A stretch of 64,000 nucleotides of DNA from a virus. The stretch is taken from the IMG/VR virus record IMGVR_UViG_3300013126_000011; one strand, 5' to 3'. This document shows, in pieces, positions 48,736 through 57,406 of this stretch (positions within the stretch are counted from its first letter, which is position 1; the number at the start of each line of letters is the position of its first letter). The notes under the pieces were generated by a model. That model did not search any database and was not told the DNA's origin. It saw only the letters and a program-made list of their open reading frames with translations. The translations under genes were made by a program, and so were the position numbers.

Positions 48736-49266
48736 ATGGATCGCAATAAATTAAAGGCACTTTTGAAGCCATTAATCAAGGAAGCGTTAAAAGAATGCAT
48801 TCTTGAAGAAGGTGTAATTTCAACGATTATTCGAGAGTCAATGAGTTTGACTGTCAATGATGTTGCCCCTCGTCAAGTTGTCAGAGAACAGAGAGCAAAG
48901 CCTTCTTCTGGAAAGAACAAGTTTGCGGAAGCATATGAAAGTCATTCTCTTGGAGAAGACGATCCTTCGGAAAATAGTGAAGTAGATGATGACGCTTTGA
49001 TTGCCAAGCAAGAAGAGATTGCAGCTTCCAGAAGAAGAATCGCTGAATCTCTTCGAAGTAGAATTGGTGCAGACATATTCGAAGGAACAGAAGCAATTGG
49101 CGGCGATCCAATGCAAGAACTAGCTGCTGGTAATAATCCTGGCGTTGCTGCCGCAAAGGGTCCATTGGCTGATGTAGATCCAAATGACGAAGGAGTCAAT
49201 TTAGGTCTAATTACAGAGATTGCCGGTGGCAGAAAAAACTGGAAGCAAGTAATGGAGAGAGTATAA
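48736..49266 (+). CDS. head-module protein with N-terminal tag
   Basis: MDRNKLKALLKPLIKEALKECILEE; GAGG SD upstream of 48736. Confidence 0.7.
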   Translation: MDRNKLKALLKPLIKEALKECILEEGVISTIIRESMSLTVNDVAPRQVVREQRAKPSSGKNKFAEAYESHSLGEDDPSENSEVDDDALIAKQEEIAASRRRIAESLRSRIGADIFEGTEAIGGDPMQELAAGNNPGVAAAKGPLADVDPNDEGVNLGLITEIAGGRKNWKQVMERV

Positions 49267-49634
49267 TGAGTGATATTTATCAACCAAAGAACGGCTTAGG
49301 AAACGTAGGAAGTTATCAGGTTTCTGGAATTCCTTTTGCCTCTAGTTCGATTGCATGTACAAGTGGATCGATTACAGAAATTGATTTTCCAAAAGTAACC
49401 AGATTTGTTTGTGTGCGTTGTGATTCTGGTTCTCTTGATGTAGGTTTTTCCGAGAACGGAATGAGCAATGGAAACTATTTCAGTTTAGCTACTTCTGAAA
49501 GCTTTACGGGAGATTGGCGAATTGTAAGGCTTTATCTCGGAGGTGATGCAGAGGCTACTGTAATCGCTGGTATGGCAAACATTGAAGCAGAGATGCTCAA
49601 TGATAACTGGTCAGGAACAGTAGGAGTCGGTTAA
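49266..49634 (+). CDS. putative capsid decoration/structural beta protein
   Basis: GLGNVGSYQVSGIPF, beta-rich, in the head operon. Confidence 0.5.
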   Translation: MSDIYQPKNGLGNVGSYQVSGIPFASSSIACTSGSITEIDFPKVTRFVCVRCDSGSLDVGFSENGMSNGNYFSLATSESFTGDWRIVRLYLGGDAEATVIAGMANIEAEMLNDNWSGTVGVG

Positions 49635-49637
49635 TAA

Positions 49638-49907
49638 ATGCAGAACTTGATTGTTGAGTATGCGACAGGAAGCGATGAAAAAGAGAATGTTGTGTTGCAA
49701 AATAAAATGAAAATTGTGCAAGAAGAGTATCGCTTTGTGCATGTGTGTGAAGTCCCTCTTGATAATGTTGCCCTCTTCAGAGAAAAGCATGGTATTTTAG
49801 ATGAGGCTCCCTGTACTCTTTTCTGGAAAGAGGGACAGGTTATTCTTTCGATTATTGGTGTACCGACAATGAAATATTTGCTGGATGAAGTAGAAAAGCA
49901 CTATTAA
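49638..49907 (+). CDS. degenerate thioredoxin-like protein
   Basis: HGI...PCTLFWKEGQ...IIG resembles the thioredoxin C-terminal half; no CxxC. Confidence 0.45.
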   Translation: MQNLIVEYATGSDEKENVVLQNKMKIVQEEYRFVHVCEVPLDNVALFREKHGILDEAPCTLFWKEGQVILSIIGVPTMKYLLDEVEKHY

Positions 49908-49910
49908 AAT

Positions 49911-51161
49911 ATGTCAAATTTTCTCAAAGGTGGCAAAGGCGATAAGCTTTCCAAAAAGGACGTTGATCCTGTTCAATTAAAGATGGGAATCAAGGTCGAA
50001 ATGGAGCATGCGTCCGACCCTAGAAAAGCTGCTGAAATTGCGCTCGATCACCTTTCGGAAGATCCAAAGTACTATAGCAAGTTAAAGGCTGCTGGATTGG
50101 CTGATGAACTTGATGAATCTAGTCAAGCTTCACAAGATTTAGAAAAGATTTCCATTCAATATAAACCAAATTTTTCTCCTTTTAAAACGTTAAAGTTTGT
50201 ACGTTGTGGTGGAAAAAATTTCAAGAAAAATGCTTATTATAGAAGTTCGAAAAATACCGGTCATCAACCGCCAGAAATGCATGGTTTTTATGCTTTTCCG
50301 GAAAATTATGTTGAACGATTTTTGGTTGTTAATCCTGGCGATTGTGGAGTATTTAATTATTCTGGTTTGTTGTGGACATATTTGACTGTTGCGTTACCAA
50401 AGGATGCAAAAATTTATGATAGAAAAAATGGTTGGGTATTAGTCAGTACTGATACATATGAGAAAATTCTAACAAAGTACAATGCATTAAAAAATGTTGA
50501 TGCGGCGAAAAATTATACGGATTACGGAAAGAAAACAAAGACAGATCCTTCTAGGAGAAGTGGGCATAGAATATTCAGTAAGGACAATTACGAAGTATTC
50601 ATTCCCGAGAAGAACTTTCATCGCAGATCTGAATTAAGCGAAGAGAACAATAGTCACGTCACTTTTATAGAAGCGACCAAACAAGATCTTCCAGGGCTTA
50701 TGAAAGTTGATCACGAAGTTTTTGAGTTTCCGTATTCTCAAAACACGTGGAACAAATTTTTTATCGATACAAAAAAACACGTCGTCATGAAGATGGTTGA
50801 TGGAGACAATATCTGTGGTTTTATGATTATGGACAAATATCCAGAGCATCTTCTCTTCAATAAGATGGGAATCGATAAGGCTCATCGAAGGCAAGGTCTT
50901 GGTGAACGAGCAATGTACTATGTTGATGATTATGCTCGAAAGAGTGGATATGACACAGTTCTTGGGCATGTACGACACAACAATATTGCTTCGTTGGCAA
51001 TGCACAAAAAGACTGGTTCAGACTGTCAAGAAACAGACGGAACATATCAAAACGGCGATAAAGTGATTCGGTGTGTGCGAAATCTAAAGAAAAAGAATAA
51101 TCAGCTTTCAGAAATGATTCTTGAAGCGGTTAATGTAGCGTTAAACAAATTTTCTAGGTAG
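49911..51161 (+). CDS. multidomain protein: DUF5661-like + unknown domain + GNAT (RimI-like) acetyltransferase
   Basis: QLKMGIKVEMEH...EIALDHLSEDPKYYSKL; GNAT motif A MGIDKAHRRQGLG and VRHNNIASLAMHKKTG; domains separated by LDE and LSEE. Confidence 0.75.
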   Translation: MSNFLKGGKGDKLSKKDVDPVQLKMGIKVEMEHASDPRKAAEIALDHLSEDPKYYSKLKAAGLADELDESSQASQDLEKISIQYKPNFSPFKTLKFVRCGGKNFKKNAYYRSSKNTGHQPPEMHGFYAFPENYVERFLVVNPGDCGVFNYSGLLWTYLTVALPKDAKIYDRKNGWVLVSTDTYEKILTKYNALKNVDAAKNYTDYGKKTKTDPSRRSGHRIFSKDNYEVFIPEKNFHRRSELSEENNSHVTFIEATKQDLPGLMKVDHEVFEFPYSQNTWNKFFIDTKKHVVMKMVDGDNICGFMIMDKYPEHLLFNKMGIDKAHRRQGLGERAMYYVDDYARKSGYDTVLGHVRHNNIASLAMHKKTGSDCQETDGTYQNGDKVIRCVRNLKKKNNQLSEMILEAVNVALNKFSR

Positions 51162-51168
51162 GTGATAA

Positions 51169-51396
51169 ATGCGTCCAGTTAATGTGCATGTAGAACGTCG
51201 ACCAGATGAACCCATTGAGACTATGCTCAAGCGCTTTACGAGATTGGTTAAGAAAAACGAGATCTTAGATGAAGTAAGAGAGCGTATGTTTTATGTGAAG
51301 CCTTCAAAGCTTAAGCATCAACATGACTGTCATATTAAGCATGTATTCAGAATGCAGAAGCTTCAGAAGCAAGAGGAAGATAAGGCTCGCAAGTAA
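51169..51396 (+). CDS. rpsU: phage-encoded ribosomal protein bS21
   Basis: DEPIETMLKRFTRLVKKNEILDEVRERMFYVKPS matches the bS21 pattern (LRRFKR...E.R.R.FYEKPS). Confidence 0.85.
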   Translation: MRPVNVHVERRPDEPIETMLKRFTRLVKKNEILDEVRERMFYVKPSKLKHQHDCHIKHVFRMQKLQKQEEDKARK

Positions 51397-51413
51397 CTTG
51401 CTGAATATTCACA

Positions 51414-51420
51414 CTAGTTA
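51414..51420 (+). promoter_or_regulatory. candidate late promoter CTAGTTA
   Basis: 31 nt upstream of the scaffold ATG; recurrent motif. Confidence 0.55.
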
Positions 51421-51451
51421 TTAGCGATTCTGAGTCAAGGAGTTATATTGA

Positions 51452-53095
51452 ATGTCTGATTTGTATAAGAGCGCAATTGCTGATGCCAAGCTTCTAAGAG
51501 AAGCTGCAATCAAGAGCGTCGAATCGGTTATTTTAGAAAAATATAGTGGAGATATTAAGCAAGCTGTTGATGAAGTGCTATCTGGTAATTCAGATGAGCT
51601 TTATGAAGCTAATGAAACAGAAGATGAAAATGTCGACAAGAAGAGCGACAAGAATCTTTTTGGACCCAATGGTGATGGTTCTCCAACAAATGATTTGCCA
51701 AATCCAGACAATCTTGGTTCCCTGACAGATACAGCCGACGTTGGAACAGATCTTTCGGCAAACTCGGATGATCCTGATTCGCAAGATCCAATGACTGCTG
51801 ATGTTATGAATTCTTCTGGAGATGCAGAAGCAAAACAAGATGCAACAGCAGAAGATGATAGCTTTCCTGATATGCCCGATCAAGCAATGGATGGTGAATC
51901 TGTTAGTGGAGCCGTTCAGACAAACGGAGAAATCGAGATCGATCTTTCCGAGCTAGAAGCAATGGCAAATTCGAAGCCAAATAAAGTACAAGATGTAAGT
52001 CAAGATACACAATCTCATGAATCGATCCTTCCAGATATGGGCGGTAGTGAGAATTCAATGGAAGAGCCGCTGAAGGAAGCAATTGATTCTGATGAAGAAG
52101 CTCCTAAAGAAGATCATAATGGTCGAAAGCTTATCATTGATGATGAAGTATTAGAACAACTTGCAGAAGCACTAATGAACGAAACAGATGATACTGGTGC
52201 TAGTGAAGCAGGTGCTTTAATTGAGCGTTATAATACCAATAATGAATATGATGATTCTGATGAAAGAGAAGAACGTCGTAGAGCCAAAGAAGAGTATGAT
52301 GAAGGTTGGGCAGATCGTGAACATGATCGACACAAAGAGGGTGACGATGAGTACGACGATCTTGACGAGTCCGTTGAAGATGAACTAAGTGCAGATAAAC
52401 CATCGAATACACAGCTTGTCGAAGACTATAAAGAGAATCTATTAGAAGATATTGACTTTGATTTTGAGGAAGTGCCTTCCGGAAATATCAATGGAAATTT
52501 TGGTGGTGTTCCAGAACCAGAAAAGCGATTTGAAAAAGATCGTATGGCTGCTGCCAAGAATCTAAAAGATAAGAAAGACGAAGAAACGAAAAGAGCGGCT
52601 TTAATGGAAGCCGTTTCAAAAGAAGTTGACAAGAAGGTTAAGAAGCTTTCAGTACGTTTGAATGCATTGGAGCAAAAGAATCAAGATTTAGTCAACGAAA
52701 ATCAGAAGCTAGCAACTGATCTGAAAAATACTAGCACAAAGCTATTGGAAACCATTACGAACAATAGCAAGCTTCACTATGCAAATCGTATTTTAAGAGA
52801 TGGCTCCTTGAATGAGCAACAGCGCAATAAGCTTGTAGAGTCTTTAAAGAAAGCGAATAGTGCAGAAGAAGCAAAGTCGATTTTTGAAACAGCAAAGAGT
52901 CTTGTTGAGTCTGTCGGAAGCACCCGAGGAAGCGTCATGACTGGAAAAGCACCGTCACTCAATGAGGTTTTAGCTAATCGAAATCGAACAAAGACCTTTA
53001 ATAGTTCGGGGCAAAATGATCGAGAAGAGGAAGGCAATCCGATTTCTTCATCAATTAGAGAGAGTTGGAAGAAAATTGCCGGAATTAAGAACTAA
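51452..53095 (+). CDS. prohead scaffold/core protein (gp22-like)
   Basis: Directly upstream of the major capsid gene; AIADAKLLREAA N-terminus, long acidic region with many LxE sites, coiled coil, NSKLHYANRI, ends WKKIAGIKN. Confidence 0.8.
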   Translation: MSDLYKSAIADAKLLREAAIKSVESVILEKYSGDIKQAVDEVLSGNSDELYEANETEDENVDKKSDKNLFGPNGDGSPTNDLPNPDNLGSLTDTADVGTDLSANSDDPDSQDPMTADVMNSSGDAEAKQDATAEDDSFPDMPDQAMDGESVSGAVQTNGEIEIDLSELEAMANSKPNKVQDVSQDTQSHESILPDMGGSENSMEEPLKEAIDSDEEAPKEDHNGRKLIIDDEVLEQLAEALMNETDDTGASEAGALIERYNTNNEYDDSDEREERRRAKEEYDEGWADREHDRHKEGDDEYDDLDESVEDELSADKPSNTQLVEDYKENLLEDIDFDFEEVPSGNINGNFGGVPEPEKRFEKDRMAAAKNLKDKKDEETKRAALMEAVSKEVDKKVKKLSVRLNALEQKNQDLVNENQKLATDLKNTSTKLLETITNNSKLHYANRILRDGSLNEQQRNKLVESLKKANSAEEAKSIFETAKSLVESVGSTRGSVMTGKAPSLNEVLANRNRTKTFNSSGQNDREEEGNPISSSIRESWKKIAGIKN

Positions 53096-53098
53096 TTA
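53092..53098 (+). promoter_or_regulatory. candidate late promoter CTAATTA upstream of the major capsid gene
   Basis: 29 nt upstream of the ATG, followed by an AAGGAG SD. Confidence 0.55.
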
Positions 53099-53127
53099 AT
53101 CAATGAAAATAGCAAGGAGAAGATAAA

Positions 53128-54837
53128 ATGAGTTCAATTCTACAGAAACTAACAGAAGGCGTGACTCACCGTTCTGTCCGTAAAGAAGGTGCTGCACTTC
53201 TAAAGAAGTGGGAACGTACTGGTCTTTTGGAAGGTCTAAAGTCAGAGCGTGAGCGAGAGAATATGTCACGTCTACTTGAGAACCAAGCCAAGGAACTGCT
53301 TCGTGAAGCTTCGACAATGCAGTCTGGTGAAGTTGAGGGCTTTGCGGCTGTCGCCTTCCCAATCGTTCGTCGTATTTTCGGTAATCTTATTGCTCAAGAT
53401 CTAGTATCCGTACAGCCAATGAGTCTACCAAACGGTTTGATTTTCTTCATGGACTTCACTCACACTCATGAGAAGCTGAATGCCGGTGCTGCCGCTGCAA
53501 CTTCTGTCTACGGTGGTGGTGTGACTGCCCGTGATATCACAACCGGTGTTGATCTGTCAGGCAAGAATGCCGAGCGTGGTTTCTATAACTTCGCCAACGG
53601 TTATTCAAGCCCAACAGGTTCACAGTCACTAACCGATCAGAGAACAACCGATCCTGATAATCTAGGTGACAATGAGTACGTATTCCTATGGACCGGTTCA
53701 ACAGTAGGTACTGCCCTAACTGATTCCGATAAGGCTGCTGTGCGTTTTGACGTTGACGTAACCCAGGATGATGTTGGCAAGTACATTCCTATCGTTCTGC
53801 AACTATCAGAAGCCACGTGGAACAAGGTAAACCTTGATAACCTAGTAGCTTGTGATCTAGAGTCTGGTACAGAAGCGAATGGCGTGTTTAGCGTTCGACG
53901 CCTAACCGATATTTACAATCGTACCAATCGTCAGATTTATACGATTGCTCGTGTAACTGGTACTGGTTCTATTGATACTGGCAGCTTCGTTTATCCCTAC
54001 AAGGATCAGTTTACGACTGCTGATGCGCTTGGTGCAATGAAGGGAACTTCACAATGGCCATTCGAATCAACATTCTCTGATACTGATCAGACTCTTCCTG
54101 AGATCGACATCAAGGTCAACTCGATTGACATTCGTGCTGTGACCAAGAAGCTCAAGGCTAAGTGGACACCAGAATTGGGTCAGGATATCGATGCTTATCA
54201 CAACACCGATATCGAAGTTGAGCTAACCGGCGTTCTCTCTGAGTACGTTGCGCTAGAAGTCAACAACGAAATTCTAGAAGATCTAGTAGTTGGTGCTACC
54301 GCTGGTACACTATACTGGAGCCGTATCCCTGGTCAGTTTGTGAATCGTGAGACTGGTGCTGTAACTGGTGTTGGCGACTTCACTGGTAACGTCAGCATGT
54401 GGTATGAGACACTAGTTGAGACAATCAACGATGTTTCTGCTCGTATTCACCGTAAGACTCTTCGTGGTGGTGCAAACTTCCTCGTGACCTCTCCCGAGAT
54501 TGCCAACGTTCTTGAGATGACTGCTGGCTTCCGAGCTAACATCACTCATGACGACGAGAAGGGCACTGTTTCCGTAATGTCAACCGGTAGTCTGAACAAG
54601 AAGTGGGACGTGTGGGTTAGCCCTTACTTCCCTCGTAACTTGATTCTCATTGGTCGTAAGGGTTCTTCGTTCCTTGAGAGTGGTTATGTGTATGCACCTT
54701 ATGTGCCTCTGCAAGTTACACCAACCATCTTCGGAGTGGAAGATTTTACACCTCGTAAAATGGTTATGACTCGATATGGAAAGAAAATGGTACGTTCGGA
54801 TATGTACGGATTATGCGTGGTCAGAGATCTTGTGTAA
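53128..54837 (+). CDS. major capsid protein (gp23-like)
   Basis: KWERTGLLEG, LLENQ, PIVRR, VSVQPMSLPNGLIF, KLKAKWTPELGQD, YAPYVPL, MTRYG. Confidence 0.96.
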   Translation: MSSILQKLTEGVTHRSVRKEGAALLKKWERTGLLEGLKSERERENMSRLLENQAKELLREASTMQSGEVEGFAAVAFPIVRRIFGNLIAQDLVSVQPMSLPNGLIFFMDFTHTHEKLNAGAAAATSVYGGGVTARDITTGVDLSGKNAERGFYNFANGYSSPTGSQSLTDQRTTDPDNLGDNEYVFLWTGSTVGTALTDSDKAAVRFDVDVTQDDVGKYIPIVLQLSEATWNKVNLDNLVACDLESGTEANGVFSVRRLTDIYNRTNRQIYTIARVTGTGSIDTGSFVYPYKDQFTTADALGAMKGTSQWPFESTFSDTDQTLPEIDIKVNSIDIRAVTKKLKAKWTPELGQDIDAYHNTDIEVELTGVLSEYVALEVNNEILEDLVVGATAGTLYWSRIPGQFVNRETGAVTGVGDFTGNVSMWYETLVETINDVSARIHRKTLRGGANFLVTSPEIANVLEMTAGFRANITHDDEKGTVSVMSTGSLNKKWDVWVSPYFPRNLILIGRKGSSFLESGYVYAPYVPLQVTPTIFGVEDFTPRKMVMTRYGKKMVRSDMYGLCVVRDLV

Positions 54838-54862
54838 TCTATCAATCTAATTGATGCAGAAG

Positions 54863-54892
54863 AGCCGTCGAAAGACGGCTTTTTTGTTTTTT
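54863..54892 (+). terminator. Rho-independent terminator after the capsid gene
   Basis: AGCCGTC-GAAA-GACGGCT hairpin followed by a T-tract. Confidence 0.9.
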
Positions 54893-54950
54893 GTGTAAAT
54901 CCCGCACTATATATATTTGAAGATGGATAAACTGTAGTGGAGGGATTTAA

Positions 54951-55856
54951 ATGGAAAGTGGAGTATACATTATTCGAAATTTGATCAATGGAAAAGTTTA
55001 TATTGGAAGTTCTGTAAATTTAAAAAATCGACAGCGAGAACATTGGAGTCATCTGCAAAAAGGAAATCATCATAACGTTCACCTTCAACATGCTTGGAAT
55101 AAGTACGGAGAAAAAGCGTTTGTTTTTGAAACCGTTGAATATGTTGAAGAATCTTGGCTTTTATTGTTTGAGCAAAAATATATCGATCAATATTGCAGCT
55201 ATGATGGTGAGCGCGGATACAATATTTGCAAAGTAGCTGGAAATACATTAGGTTTTCATCACTCTTCGGAAACGAAAGAGCAGATTTCTAATCTCAACAA
55301 GGGTCGAGTTATGCCAGAAGACGCTAAAAGACGAATTAGCGAGGCGAATTCCGGCTCTGGTAATTATTTTTATGGCAAGCATCATACTGACGAAACAAAA
55401 CGAAAGATAAGCGAGGCAAATAAAGGACGTAAAAGAACTGAAGAGCAAAGGGCAAGATTGCGAGGACTTCAAGTTGGAGAAAAAAGTGCAGTGGCAAAAC
55501 ATACCTGGGAAGAAGTGAGAGAGGCTAGAAAGCTATATTCTTCTGAAGAAATGACAGCAACGCAATTAAAAGAAAAATACAATTGGCCAGGAATTTCTAT
55601 CATGCTTGAAAATAAGACTTGGTACGACAAAGAGTATTCTCCACCAATTAAAGTTGTTGATAACCAGCCAAAACTTTCGATAGATGTCGCTAAAGAGATT
55701 CGTCAAAAATATGGTAATCCAGACAATAGACCTAATACGGCAGAAATTTCTAAAATCTATGGTATTCAAATTGCTGCTCTAAATAAATTGCTTAGAAATG
55801 ATACGTATTTCGATCCGGATTATCGCCCAATTCAAGTACGCCCTCGACGAAAATAG
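54951..55856 (+). CDS. free-standing GIY-YIG homing endonuclease with NUMOD3 repeats
   Basis: GVYIIRNLINGKVYIGSS, EQKYID, GYN; HHSSETKEQIS and GKHHTDETKRKISEA. Confidence 0.93.
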   Translation: MESGVYIIRNLINGKVYIGSSVNLKNRQREHWSHLQKGNHHNVHLQHAWNKYGEKAFVFETVEYVEESWLLLFEQKYIDQYCSYDGERGYNICKVAGNTLGFHHSSETKEQISNLNKGRVMPEDAKRRISEANSGSGNYFYGKHHTDETKRKISEANKGRKRTEEQRARLRGLQVGEKSAVAKHTWEEVREARKLYSSEEMTATQLKEKYNWPGISIMLENKTWYDKEYSPPIKVVDNQPKLSIDVAKEIRQKYGNPDNRPNTAEISKIYGIQIAALNKLLRNDTYFDPDYRPIQVRPRRK

Positions 55857-55866
55857 TCGATTTTGT

Positions 55867-55894
55867 TTTACAGTCCTCCTATATATGTTATACT
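55867..55894 (+). promoter_or_regulatory. sigma70-type promoter with extended -10
   Basis: TTTACA-16 nt-TATACT with TG at the extended -10 position. Confidence 0.55.
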
Positions 55895-55953
55895 GTAGCT
55901 ACAATCCACGGAAGATGGATATATGGTAATGACTTGGTACGACAAACAGGAGA

Positions 55954-57405
55954 TTGAAAATGGAAAAATGTAAAGCATGTAACAAGGTGCTTGATTCTGT
56001 TCCGGAACTGGTCAGACACATTATGACAGATCATAAAATGACAACCGAAGCGTATACTGTGAAATATCTTTATGACGGAAAGCGTCCGGTTTGTCCTGAA
56101 TGCGGTAAGACGACGCGCTATGTTCAATTTCAATTTCGAACATATTGCAAAGAACACGCAAATTTAGCTAGAGCCAAATCCTGTAAAGAAGTTGGAAAGC
56201 TTCCGTCATGGAACAAAGGTCAGACTAAAGAAACAAATGAAATATTGCGTAAGCAAGCAGAATCTTTTAAAGGTGAAGGCAATCATTTTTTTGGCAAACA
56301 TCATTCTGAAGAAACAATCGAAAAGCTTCGTAATCAAAAGCTTCTTACTGAAGAAGAATACTATGCGCGCACTTTAACCAGATGTAGTTTACCGAATGAA
56401 GAGAAAAAGAAAGAATTTGTGCTGCTGACGCCCTACTCTGAATACCTTTCCAGACAACATCAATGTTTGCAATTGCAGTGTACAAAGTGCGGTACTGTCG
56501 ATAAAAAGACTTTGCAAGCGTTTGAACGTCAATCAAAGTGCAAAGTATGTTATCCGATTCAGAAAAATTCAAGAGAAGAGCAAGAAGTAAAAGATTTCGT
56601 AAGATCTGTTTGCGCTTGTGAATTGATTGAAAATTCTAAGCAAGTTATACCTCCAGTTGAATTAGATCTCTATGTACCAGAAAAGAAGCTAGCTATCGAA
56701 TATAATGGTCTATACTGGCACACAGAGGAAAGTAAATCAAAATCCTATCACAAAGACAAAACCGTCGCCTGTGCTGCCAAAGGAATCAGATTGTTTCATA
56801 TTTTTTCTGATGAGTGGCGGGATAAACAGCCAATTTTAAAATCAATGATTGCTTATCGCCTGGGGGTGCTAACGAATCGTGTATCTGCTCGTAACTGTGA
56901 AATCAGACAATTGACGACTGCTGAAGCGAAGCAGTTTTTTGATTTAACGCATATTTCTGGCTGGACTCATTCAAGAATTGTTTTTGGTCTTATCGATGAT
57001 GATAATTCTGTTGTGGCTGCTCTTGGTCTTCGAGTACCACAACAAAAAGCAAAGTATCCAAATGCTTTAGAGATCTCCAGATTTTCAAACAAGCTTGATA
57101 CCATTGTTAATGGTTCTTTTGCTAAATTACTTGAAAAAGCTAAAGCATACGCAGTCGAAAACGATTTTACCAGTTTAATCACTTATGCAGATCTTCGGTT
57201 TGGAGATGGCTCAGTATATGTTCGTAACGGTTTTGAAGAATTGCAAGAGTCTGTGCTAGATTATTGGTATACTGATGGAGCAGAAAGATATCCAAGGTTT
57301 TCGTTTAGAGCGACAAAAGAGAAATCAGAAAAAGTGCTTGCTCTTGAGGCAAATGTCAGTAAAATCTACGGTTGTGGTTCTAAAAGATATCGATTGAAGC
57401 TTTGA
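55954..57405 (+). CDS. Hef-like homing endonuclease (Zn ribbons, NUMOD3, DUF559/Vsr-like nuclease, C-terminal GNAT-like domain)
   Basis: CPECG, GKHHSEET, ELDLYVPEKKLAIEYNGLYWH, HIFSDEW, EISRF, TYADLRFGDG, KIYGCG. Confidence 0.8.
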   Translation: MKMEKCKACNKVLDSVPELVRHIMTDHKMTTEAYTVKYLYDGKRPVCPECGKTTRYVQFQFRTYCKEHANLARAKSCKEVGKLPSWNKGQTKETNEILRKQAESFKGEGNHFFGKHHSEETIEKLRNQKLLTEEEYYARTLTRCSLPNEEKKKEFVLLTPYSEYLSRQHQCLQLQCTKCGTVDKKTLQAFERQSKCKVCYPIQKNSREEQEVKDFVRSVCACELIENSKQVIPPVELDLYVPEKKLAIEYNGLYWHTEESKSKSYHKDKTVACAAKGIRLFHIFSDEWRDKQPILKSMIAYRLGVLTNRVSARNCEIRQLTTAEAKQFFDLTHISGWTHSRIVFGLIDDDNSVVAALGLRVPQQKAKYPNALEISRFSNKLDTIVNGSFAKLLEKAKAYAVENDFTSLITYADLRFGDGSVYVRNGFEELQESVLDYWYTDGAERYPRFSFRATKEKSEKVLALEANVSKIYGCGSKRYRLKL

Positions 57406-57406
57406 T

